IMG/VR virus record: IMGVR_UViG_3300026484_000436
Location: 1 to 64,000 of that record
Strand: one strand, 5' to 3'
Length of the DNA: 64,000 nt
From: a virus
The notes below the pieces were generated by a model. The model did no database searches, was not told where the DNA came from, and saw only the letters and a list, made by a program, of their open reading frames with translations. Of the stretch, positions 54,580-63,079 are shown piece by piece (the stretch's first letter is position 1; every line of letters begins with the position of its first letter). The translations under genes and the position numbers were made by a program.

Positions 54580-57060
54580 TTAACAACTTGGCATATTAAG
54601 TTTAAACTTTGGAAACGATAATGAAAAGTTAAATTTTAATCCATCAAAATGAAATTTTGGTGCTGCTATTTTACAATTCAAACCATCTTCAAGCATTTTT
54701 TCAAACATATCTTCATATATTTTTTCCTGTTCTTCTGCCCATTTTTTAACCCCATCTTTCATAGAGTCCATAAATGATTTTCCATCATTATTACATAAAT
54801 CGTTTGGACTCAACCCAAACATACCTAATGCTCCTGATATTGAATTTTTGATTGCTCCTATCATATCTGCACCAAATTGGTCTATACTTCCCACGAAATC
54901 TGCAATAGCATTACCTAGATTATCAATCGTATCTCCGATTGTATCTAATAAATTCAATAACATTCCTAAAAGGCATAAAAGTGCCTTTAATAAACATAAT
55001 AAAGCACTAATCATATCAAATAATGCCTGTATAGGTCCTAATATAGAATTTACAATGTCAGCAAATTTATTGATGTATTTTTGTAAAAAGTCTTGTGCTC
55101 TTTTTAAATTATCATCTAACCACCCTTGAACTCTTGCTATACCTTTATTGACCCATTCTGATAATTTATTGGCATATTCTTGTAATTTATTTTGAAATTT
55201 TTGAGCATACCCCATCAATTTTTCTGAAAATTGATTAATCTTTGAAGACCATTGTAAAAATTTATTTCTTAAATCTTCAAGGAATGTAGTTTTTTCTTTT
55301 TTAAGTTTTTTTGGTTTATCATCTGGTAATTTTTTATTACTTTTTGAATTACCACATTTTTGTTCTTCAGGAAAATTATCCACATCCGGCAAATCGTGTA
55401 TATTCTCGTCCATAATCAATGCTATTTCATTAAAATTATTTAATGTAATTTCTCCAAAGGCAGTAACTATTTCCTCAAGATGATTATACTCTATTTCTTT
55501 TTCTACTTGTTTAAATTTATCAAATGTTACTTTTTCAATGTCTAAGACTTTTGATAAATCAGTTGTTTTTTTCTTAGGAATGTTATCATTGAAATCTGCT
55601 GGAAACCTTAAATTATTGAGATTATTTTTTGAAATAACATCAATGGGTTTTTTAACTTCTATGCCAGGTAAAGTTGAAATTAACTTATCTATTCCCTTTG
55701 TCATTTTCGAAGATTGTAATTCTTCTTTAATTTTTTTTGATAATAATTCAATTTCTTTATCAATTTTTATTAAATTATTGTTACTTTTAAAAACAAACTC
55801 TGTGGCATTCATTGTAAAATTATTCTTTTTTAACAACTCGTTTATTTCTTCAATGGATTCAAAAAACCCTGTTCCTAAAATTTCTTCAAGTGTCATTTTT
55901 TTAGACATATTTAAAAGACTATAAAATTTAAAATTATCCTGTAATTCAATCGATGCTTCTTCACTTTTTTCATCAATGGTATTTATAATTGTATGAATAC
56001 TACTAAAATCAAGAACATCTAAAAATAAACGAATATAAGCATAAATTGATTTTTCAAAATAAACGATAGAACCGAATTTATCAAATACTTCTTTTTTCAA
56101 AAGAGGTTTAACATACTTGAAAGATTGATAACCACTTAAAAATATCTTAAAAATAGTTTCATATAATTTTCTTTCGATTTCATAATTTTTAAGAATGTAA
56201 ATTATAGGCAATAAATATAAAAAATCTCCTTGAAAACTTTTATCTTTTAATAATTTTTCTACAATAAATACCTTTTTAACACCAATATCTATGAAATCTT
56301 CAATTAAATTGTATTTTAATTTTTTTGGTATAAAACTATAAATTAAGTCAATATATTTATTTTTACTAACAAAATAATTGGGTAATAACTCTTGTGAAAA
56401 ATTTAAAAATTCCCCATAACCATTTAAAATCTCATCAAGTTGCGAAGTCAAACCATAAAAGTAAGTATTTTCAAAAGGAAAGACATTTGATAACTTCATC
56501 TCTTTTTCTAAATATGGTAAAATTTCTTCATTTTTTTCACTCATTTCTTTTATAATTTTGTCTTTTTGTTTATCATTTATAGGTTGGTGTTTCACAAAGG
56601 TTGAAACTTCAATAGGTTCATCCATATTAAACAAATCATCTGTTTGATTTCTTTCAAGTAATGATATTAAAAACCCATTTTTTTTATTTAGATTGTACTC
56701 TTCTATAAAATAAAGAGTCATCATTTTAGCAATGTGTAAAAAATTAACATATTTGGCAAATTCAAGTGTTAAATCTTTTGGCATAAGATAATCATTTTTT
56801 AGTTGAAACATCAACTGATAACCATTTTCAATTTCCCCAAGAATTGCCATTTTTTGTTCTTCAGGTAAATTTTTAAAATGGTATCCTTTAATCATTTTAC
56901 TAATGAATTCAGTATTTTTTTGAAAATTATAAAGATTTGTGATTTTTCTTTCTTCAAAAAGTGTTATAACACCATTCATAAAAATTATATATTCATATAT
57001 ATTATTATATTTTTCAAAATGATAAGTATTGCTACCATATTTCTCATAAATTTTTTCCAA
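54580..57060 (-). CDS. 826-aa hypothetical protein with long amphipathic/hydrophobic helices, located between the two gp5 fragments
   Basis: C-terminal ~240 aa helical, including ISALLCLLKALLCLLGMLLNLL; TTG start with AAGGA RBS. Confidence 0.7.
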   Translation of the reverse strand: MEKIYEKYGSNTYHFEKYNNIYEYIIFMNGVITLFEERKITNLYNFQKNTEFISKMIKGYHFKNLPEEQKMAILGEIENGYQLMFQLKNDYLMPKDLTLEFAKYVNFLHIAKMMTLYFIEEYNLNKKNGFLISLLERNQTDDLFNMDEPIEVSTFVKHQPINDKQKDKIIKEMSEKNEEILPYLEKEMKLSNVFPFENTYFYGLTSQLDEILNGYGEFLNFSQELLPNYFVSKNKYIDLIYSFIPKKLKYNLIEDFIDIGVKKVFIVEKLLKDKSFQGDFLYLLPIIYILKNYEIERKLYETIFKIFLSGYQSFKYVKPLLKKEVFDKFGSIVYFEKSIYAYIRLFLDVLDFSSIHTIINTIDEKSEEASIELQDNFKFYSLLNMSKKMTLEEILGTGFFESIEEINELLKKNNFTMNATEFVFKSNNNLIKIDKEIELLSKKIKEELQSSKMTKGIDKLISTLPGIEVKKPIDVISKNNLNNLRFPADFNDNIPKKKTTDLSKVLDIEKVTFDKFKQVEKEIEYNHLEEIVTAFGEITLNNFNEIALIMDENIHDLPDVDNFPEEQKCGNSKSNKKLPDDKPKKLKKEKTTFLEDLRNKFLQWSSKINQFSEKLMGYAQKFQNKLQEYANKLSEWVNKGIARVQGWLDDNLKRAQDFLQKYINKFADIVNSILGPIQALFDMISALLCLLKALLCLLGMLLNLLDTIGDTIDNLGNAIADFVGSIDQFGADMIGAIKNSISGALGMFGLSPNDLCNNDGKSFMDSMKDGVKKWAEEQEKIYEDMFEKMLEDGLNCKIAAPKFHFDGLKFNFSLSFPKFKLNMPSC

Positions 57061-57071
57061 TTTTCAATCCT

Positions 57072-57386
57072 TTAAGTCATCGCAGGTGGTATTGAAGAAA
57101 TTGATTCAACTATAATTCCATTCATAATATCTTCTTCTGGGAAATATACAATTACTCTAGAGTCTATATTAGGTGTATCATTTTTGGCATTTGCCCCACT
57201 TTTGGGTGCCATTTTAATATAATACCAAGGTAAATCTTCTTTATCAATTTCATCTGTAACCCCATCGATTTGAACTTTTAATCTATTTGCTTTCAGTGGG
57301 TCAGCATCATCTACAACAGTTGATTGAAAAAAATTACCTTTTAAAAAATTTTCAATTAATAATTCTCTTTTATCTGTTAAAATCAT
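57072..57386 (-). CDS. baseplate spike gp5, N-terminal OB-fold fragment
   Basis: TVVDDADPLKANRLKVQI..EDLPW..PNIDSRVIVYF..D....II. Confidence 0.88.
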   Translation of the reverse strand: MILTDKRELLIENFLKGNFFQSTVVDDADPLKANRLKVQIDGVTDEIDKEDLPWYYIKMAPKSGANAKNDTPNIDSRVIVYFPEEDIMNGIIVESISSIPPAMT

Positions 57387-57403
57387 TTCTTCCCTTTATA
57401 TTT

Positions 57404-58522
57404 TTATTTAATATAAAAATCGCGAGAACAACTTATTACAAATTTTTCAAAACCCTTATTTGAAATACTCATCTCTATACCTGTTATTATATAATTGCCT
57501 TCGATGGCAAGCGAATGCTCTAATGATTTTTTAGTTATATCCTCAAATTCAATCAATTTTAATAATTCAATTTTTGTAAAATCACTAAGATTGTCAAGTG
57601 TTATTTCTAAATCAAATGTCTCTAATTTGTTCCTTAAACTTATATTAAATCTTCTTGAATAGTTATATTTCTCGTGTGTATTCATATTGTCATTTAACAC
57701 TTTATATGGATAATAAGGTACTTTATCATAAGGTTCCCCTGTAAAAAGTGAATTCGTAGGGATATCTTCTGCTATTATTTGGTGGGTTGGTATTTGAAAA
57801 TTTTGTGCCTTTCTTTCTGGACTTAATTTATAACTATAAATATCAAAATTTCCTGAAAAAATAAAGTTAGTGAATTGAATTTCATCACTTTTTTTGCTTT
57901 TCATATTTGTAATTTTTAAAGGTTTTTGTTTAAGAATGTTTGAAAAGGTATTTATCTTAAATTTCTTTTCAGGTGAAATAAATCCTAAAGATAAATCATT
58001 ATCAAAATATATATAGTCATATAAATACTCTAAAAATTTTTTTTCTGTTATATTGTATCTTAACCAGGTTTGCATATCATCACTCGCCCCTTTCGTTGTC
58101 AAATCGACAAATTCAATATTCTTCAATTCAGACATAACTTCAAGAGCACTTTTTTCTTTGAATGCTTCTTGTTTAAAATCATTTTGAAAAAAATCTGTTA
58201 AATCTACTAAGCAATTCAATGTAACATTAAACATTCCAACTTCGTTTTTTGTGAAAATAAAACTCGAAATTTGAAAAAACATTTTTTTGATATACCTATC
58301 ATTAGCAGCAATATCAACCTCAACAGGGGCACCTTGAAACATTATCTTAGACAATCTATCATAAGTTAGAGTCAAGTGTATTGAAGCATAAGGTAAATTT
58401 TCTGGGTGTAACTTATAACTTATTCCAATTGACTTAAATTCGATTTTTTCTATTTTTAAATTATTTATTGTAATCTTATTTTGAAAATTTTCATCATTTG
58501 ATAAAACATAATTTTTACCCAT
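57404..58522 (-). CDS. baseplate hub protein (gp27-like)
   Basis: precedes gp5; 372 aa; DDMQTWLRYN and GNYIITGIEMSI. Confidence 0.65.
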   Translation of the reverse strand: MGKNYVLSNDENFQNKITINNLKIEKIEFKSIGISYKLHPENLPYASIHLTLTYDRLSKIMFQGAPVEVDIAANDRYIKKMFFQISSFIFTKNEVGMFNVTLNCLVDLTDFFQNDFKQEAFKEKSALEVMSELKNIEFVDLTTKGASDDMQTWLRYNITEKKFLEYLYDYIYFDNDLSLGFISPEKKFKINTFSNILKQKPLKITNMKSKKSDEIQFTNFIFSGNFDIYSYKLSPERKAQNFQIPTHQIIAEDIPTNSLFTGEPYDKVPYYPYKVLNDNMNTHEKYNYSRRFNISLRNKLETFDLEITLDNLSDFTKIELLKLIEFEDITKKSLEHSLAIEGNYIITGIEMSISNKGFEKFVISCSRDFYIK

Positions 58523-58800
58523 TATTTACCTTTTTGATTTTTTATTATATAATCTTTTATAAGTGTTTTAACCGAAATCATATCAGGAATTTTCACTACA
58601 TTGACTTCGAATGGATTTATAATATCATTATAAAGAGCAATAACCCACCACATATTCAAATCAGTGTAATGCTTTAATGCTAATGTGTCAAGATTATCTT
58701 CTTCAATTGAAATGTAATTTAATTTTTTTAATTTATTTACAAAATCATTGCTCAAAAAATCATACATTCCGTTTTCGTAGTTAAAAATTTGTCCAATCAA
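58522..58800 (-). CDS. gp53: baseplate wedge LysM-like protein (gp53-like)
   Basis: LDTLALKHYTDLNMWWVIALYNDIINPF..VKIP. Confidence 0.82.
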   Translation of the reverse strand: MIGQIFNYENGMYDFLSNDFVNKLKKLNYISIEEDNLDTLALKHYTDLNMWWVIALYNDIINPFEVNVVKIPDMISVKTLIKDYIIKNQKGK

Positions 58801-58817
58801 TTCTTTTCCTTTTTATA

Positions 58818-58846
58818 ATTATATCATAAAAATACTTAAAAGTCAA
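58818..58846 (-). promoter_or_regulatory. sigma70-type promoter TTGACT-N17-TATAAT (TGa extended -10)
   Basis: intergenic, upstream of the gp53-like gene. Confidence 0.78.
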
Positions 58847-58852
58847 GTATTT

Positions 58853-59638
58853 TTAACTAAATGCTGTTTTTATTTTGAAAATTTTAGCATATTCATCTGC
58901 GAATAGACTTCTATAAAATTCAAAACTTAAATCTACTTCTATGAAAATAGGATTCCCTTCTTCGTCCCTATCATTTGATATTCTGGCATTGCCACTTTTT
59001 AAATACAACCCTCCTGGAATTTCAAGTATGTTATTTATAGTAACTTGAAATAATTCAGTATCCAGGTCAAGTACAGGATTTAATTTTGTCTTTCCTGCAT
59101 CATATAGATATTGAGTAGTTGGAGCATTTAATGCCAAGAGTTTATCTTTAATATCTCCCGTATCCATCGCCCCTACTGTAGGTTTGGCAAGTGTTCCCCT
59201 TGTTATGAATTTAATAATATCATCATAATTTATAACATCAAACATTCCAGGAATTACAAAAAATTTTAAATTAAAAGCAATTTTCCCTTCACTGCTTTTA
59301 TAAAGTTGAATTGATTCTGCCATAGATTCTCCAATAGCATCTTTTGCCATTGTATTCGCAGCACCTTTAACTACACCATCCAATCCAAATTTTTTAACGA
59401 ATGGGATATTACTCGCAAATTCCCCTGCCATATTCGCAGCACCCCTTGCTATTTTTGTCGCACCACCTGTTAAAGGAGCACTATCTGTCGTCATTGAAGT
59501 TGAAAAACCAAAATCTTCATTATATAATCCATAAATAGTTTTACACTCCATTTTTTTAGGTGGTATTATTGTAACACCATAAGTTTTAAAAATATCACTT
59601 TTCGTTTGACCTTCAATTTGAAGAAAATTTGTAGTCAT
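58853..59638 (-). CDS. baseplate tail-tube initiator (gp48/gp54-like)
   Basis: after the tape measure; GNPIFIEVDLSFEFYRSLFADE C-terminus. Confidence 0.65.
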   Translation of the reverse strand: MTTNFLQIEGQTKSDIFKTYGVTIIPPKKMECKTIYGLYNEDFGFSTSMTTDSAPLTGGATKIARGAANMAGEFASNIPFVKKFGLDGVVKGAANTMAKDAIGESMAESIQLYKSSEGKIAFNLKFFVIPGMFDVINYDDIIKFITRGTLAKPTVGAMDTGDIKDKLLALNAPTTQYLYDAGKTKLNPVLDLDTELFQVTINNILEIPGGLYLKSGNARISNDRDEEGNPIFIEVDLSFEFYRSLFADEYAKIFKIKTAFS

Positions 59639-59650
59639 TATTCATCTCCT

Positions 59651-62600
59651 TTATAATAAGGCAAAAGCACTCATTAAATTTTTATTTATAGTATAGTTAT
59701 TCACTATATTATGTGTTTGTGATGAAGCATCCATTATACCACCACTACTTTCTTTTGTCGCCGTCGCTGCTGCGGCACCTCCTGTTAAAACCTTTCCTTT
59801 AATAGTATCAGATGTAGTTGTATCTGCTTTTTGTTTTAAATCAGGTGAATCTGGATCTTGTGTTTCGACATCTTTACTTTCTACATCCTTTACTTCTTTT
59901 GATTCTTCAGGGTCAACCTCAGGTTCTCCATCAGGTGTTTCAGGTAAATCGTCATCATCGAATATATCAAACCCTAAAAATTGTTTTGAAATTGCATCTT
60001 TTAAAGGTATTTTATCGTGAAGTGTCATATAAGCAATTTTTGCAGCATCATATGCCAATAATCCTGCTCCCACGAATGGGACTGCTCTTGCTGCCATTTT
60101 TGCTGATAACTTAGCGGCAATTTTTGCGCCACCTTTTTTACCAAACTTCTTAAAAATTTTACCTTTGATTTCTTTTAATTTACTTAAAATTGATTTACCT
60201 GAAGGTTTTTTCACCTTTTTACCGATTTTCTTTTTTGCATCGGGATTTTTAGATTTACCTGATGTTTTTTTCTTGTCTTTTCCTTTATCATCGCCTTTAT
60301 CTTTCGAATTGTCAGAATCGCCAAATTCATCATCGTCCGTATCAATTTCCGGTGTTTCACTTTTAAAAAGATTTAAAGGATTTAATTTTGAAGAAAATTG
60401 TTTTACTTTACCCCAAGCACCTTTAATTTTACCCATAAATTTTTTACCTAATCCACTAACTTTTGATAAAAGTTTTTTCCCGGAATCCATAAATCCATTC
60501 ATAACAATACCAAGAACACTACCAATTAGACCACCCACACCAGATTTGCCATCTTCATCTTTTTTTGGATCTCCTTTTGTGCCTAATTCTCCTGTTTTAT
60601 TTACTTCTTCTTTTTTACCCCATTTATTTTTCATAAAGTCAAGGATTTTGTAACTTATTGTAGAAATTTCCGATAAATAATAATCATTTGTCGCGACAGG
60701 TTTGGGAATTTTAGTTTCAACTTTACTCGGTATAGGTTCCATTTTTGGATTTTTAGATCCAACTTCGGGTGTTCCAACATCTCCATTTATGGTATTTTTT
60801 TCAACATCATCCTCATTCCCATTTTTAGTGTCATCAGGAGTTGTAGGAATACCTAATTTTTTTGCTTTCATTTTTTCAAGCACTTCATTATGAAAATCTG
60901 TATTTTTATAGTTTTCTTTCATTTGTGCTATTTTTGATGTTACAGGTTGTGCTATATTGACTATCTTATCTTTAACTCCACCTGCGAATTCTGAAACTTT
61001 ATCTTTCGCTGTGTTTATTTTTTCGGCAGTCGATTGATAAATTTTCGAACCTTGAATTTTATCTTTAATTTTAGAACCTATACTTTTTGCTTTATTGAAA
61101 AATCTATCTTTTAAAACACCTGCTGCTGAAAATAAATAATCTTTTGTTTCTTTCGATTTTTGATATAATTTTGAATTTTTTATTTTTTCGGCAATTTTTC
61201 CTGCACCTGATAAAACTTTTTTACTTAATTCCTCACCTAAAACACTTCCCCATTCTTCAAGTGAAGAAGTTTTATTTAATGATTCAACCATTTCATTTTT
61301 TGAATTTATTTTATTTTTTTCTTCTGGGTCATCTTTATGTTTAGATTTTTCAAGTAACTCTTTCTTTTCTTGTTCTGATAATTCATCTTTTTTTAGTTTT
61401 AATTCTTCAGCAGCAATCAAATCAATATTCTCAAGATACCCTAATTGTTTTTCGGCATATTCTTTTTGTGTTTTTTGGTATTCTTCAAATTCATTAAAAT
61501 AGTCTTGTTCTAATTCTTTTATTTTTTCATTTAACTTTTTAGTATCATCTTTATAAACTTCTTCAAGGATTTTTTTATCTTCTTCAAGTTGTTTAGATTG
61601 ATTTTCTTTAAAAGTTTCAATATCTTTTTTATAAGTTTCAAGTAAGTAATTTTGAAGTTTTTCCTGTTTATTATCCAATGTTTCATTTAGTTGGGTTACT
61701 TTTTTATCGTACTCTTCTTGAATTTCTTCAAGTTGTTTTTCTTTTGCTACTTCAAGATATTTCTGTTTCTTTTTCAATTCTTCATTGGATTCAATTAAAA
61801 CTTCTTTTAATCCATTTATTTCACTTTGGATGTCTTCTTTTGATTTTTGTTCTAATTTTTTTTCAAGTTCTAATTTTTCGTTTTTATATTCTTCAAGTTG
61901 TTTTTTAGTGTCCCCACCTAAACTTTCTTCTAATTTTTGAAGAGTTTCGTTTGATTGGGCAGTTGCTGTTAATTTTTGTGCTTCAAGATTATTATTAAAT
62001 TCTTCAATTGCTTTTAAATACTCTTCACTATTTTTATCCTCATATTGAGATTCAAGTTCTTCAAGTTGCTGTTTTGAATTTTCATCAATTTCTTTTAATA
62101 TATTTTCAAGTGATTTATTCTGTTCTTCAACTTGCGAAAAATACCCATCTAACCCTTGATATTTTTCACCCAAACCTGCTAATTGTTTATTAACTTCTTC
62201 GTGAGAAACGGAACCTTCAAGTTGATTCAATAATTCAGTTACTTTTTCTTTATATTGTTTTGCTTCTTCTGAATTATCATTTAACAAAACTTGACTAATA
62301 TCTTCATCCGAAATTTTTAAGTTATTTGCCTCTTTAATTTTTGAATCTCTCTCGGTCTGGAGATTCATTATTCTTTTCTTATGGGCATTTTTTAATCTAT
62401 TCACATTCTCAAAATTATTTTTCAAATATTCGGAAACATCTGCATCTTTTTGATTTTCAATAAGTTTTAAAATGCTTTTTGCTGACATTTCAAAACCGAC
62501 CATTTCAAGTGCTTTAGCAACTTGACCCTCACTTATTTTCTTTTCATTTATATAAGGGAATATATATTGTTTAATTTCTTCAATTCTTCCACTATCATTT

Positions 62601-62926
62601 TCTGGGTTAAGACTTTTGAAATCTTCTTCAACTATTTTGAGAATTTCTCCCCAAAGTTTTTTATCGTCATAAATAGGACCAGAAAGTGATTTTAAAAATT
62701 CATCCCATTTACCATTTTGACCAGGTGTTCCACCACTCGTCCCACCTGTAGGATTAGGATTGGGTTTCGGTGGTGGTGTCCCACCTGTCCCACCAGTAGG
62801 AGTTGGTGTTCCTCTACCTGTAGGATTAGGATTAGGTTTTGGTGGTGTTCCACCACCTGCACTTCCGCCACCAGTAGGAGTTGGTGTTCCTCCACCTGTT
62901 CCTGTTCCACCACCTGTATCTGCCAT
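59651..62926 (-). CDS. tape measure / hub protein (gp29-like)
   Basis: 1091 aa; long coiled coil; AARAVPFVGAGLLAYD and HNIVNNYTINK patterns; follows the chaperone gene. Confidence 0.7.
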   Translation of the reverse strand: MADTGGGTGTGGGTPTPTGGGSAGGGTPPKPNPNPTGRGTPTPTGGTGGTPPPKPNPNPTGGTSGGTPGQNGKWDEFLKSLSGPIYDDKKLWGEILKIVEEDFKSLNPENDSGRIEEIKQYIFPYINEKKISEGQVAKALEMVGFEMSAKSILKLIENQKDADVSEYLKNNFENVNRLKNAHKKRIMNLQTERDSKIKEANNLKISDEDISQVLLNDNSEEAKQYKEKVTELLNQLEGSVSHEEVNKQLAGLGEKYQGLDGYFSQVEEQNKSLENILKEIDENSKQQLEELESQYEDKNSEEYLKAIEEFNNNLEAQKLTATAQSNETLQKLEESLGGDTKKQLEEYKNEKLELEKKLEQKSKEDIQSEINGLKEVLIESNEELKKKQKYLEVAKEKQLEEIQEEYDKKVTQLNETLDNKQEKLQNYLLETYKKDIETFKENQSKQLEEDKKILEEVYKDDTKKLNEKIKELEQDYFNEFEEYQKTQKEYAEKQLGYLENIDLIAAEELKLKKDELSEQEKKELLEKSKHKDDPEEKNKINSKNEMVESLNKTSSLEEWGSVLGEELSKKVLSGAGKIAEKIKNSKLYQKSKETKDYLFSAAGVLKDRFFNKAKSIGSKIKDKIQGSKIYQSTAEKINTAKDKVSEFAGGVKDKIVNIAQPVTSKIAQMKENYKNTDFHNEVLEKMKAKKLGIPTTPDDTKNGNEDDVEKNTINGDVGTPEVGSKNPKMEPIPSKVETKIPKPVATNDYYLSEISTISYKILDFMKNKWGKKEEVNKTGELGTKGDPKKDEDGKSGVGGLIGSVLGIVMNGFMDSGKKLLSKVSGLGKKFMGKIKGAWGKVKQFSSKLNPLNLFKSETPEIDTDDDEFGDSDNSKDKGDDKGKDKKKTSGKSKNPDAKKKIGKKVKKPSGKSILSKLKEIKGKIFKKFGKKGGAKIAAKLSAKMAARAVPFVGAGLLAYDAAKIAYMTLHDKIPLKDAISKQFLGFDIFDDDDLPETPDGEPEVDPEESKEVKDVESKDVETQDPDSPDLKQKADTTTSDTIKGKVLTGGAAAATATKESSGGIMDASSQTHNIVNNYTINKNLMSAFALL
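62715..62917. repeat. GC-rich Gly/Pro/Thr repeat at the tape-measure N-terminus
   Basis: GTPTPTGG twice and PPKPNPNPTG twice. Confidence 0.8.
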
Positions 62927-62929
62927 TTA

Positions 62930-63079
62930 TTATCCTTTTTCTTGTTCTTCATTATAAATTGTAACCATATTTGAAATATCATAATAAAATCTACCTTCAG
63001 GTATAAAAGTATTAAACATTTTTAAAAAACTTAACTCCATTTTCAATATATTTCTGTAATCATAGTCTGGGATATACCT
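62930..63079 (-). CDS. RBS-less open frame overlapping the chaperone 3' end; probable frameshift extension (G-T type)
   Basis: RYIPDYDYRNILKMELSFLKMFNTFIPEGRFYYDISNMVTIYNEEQEKG*, in the +1 frame, fills the gap before the tape measure. Confidence 0.6.
   Translation of the reverse strand, partial: RYIPDYDYRNILKMELSFLKMFNTFIPEGRFYYDISNMVTIYNEEQEKG

Noticed and set aside
63012-63062. TGA read-through of the chaperone gene
   Set aside because: The same frame closes after 15 more codons; the +1 frame fills the gap much better.
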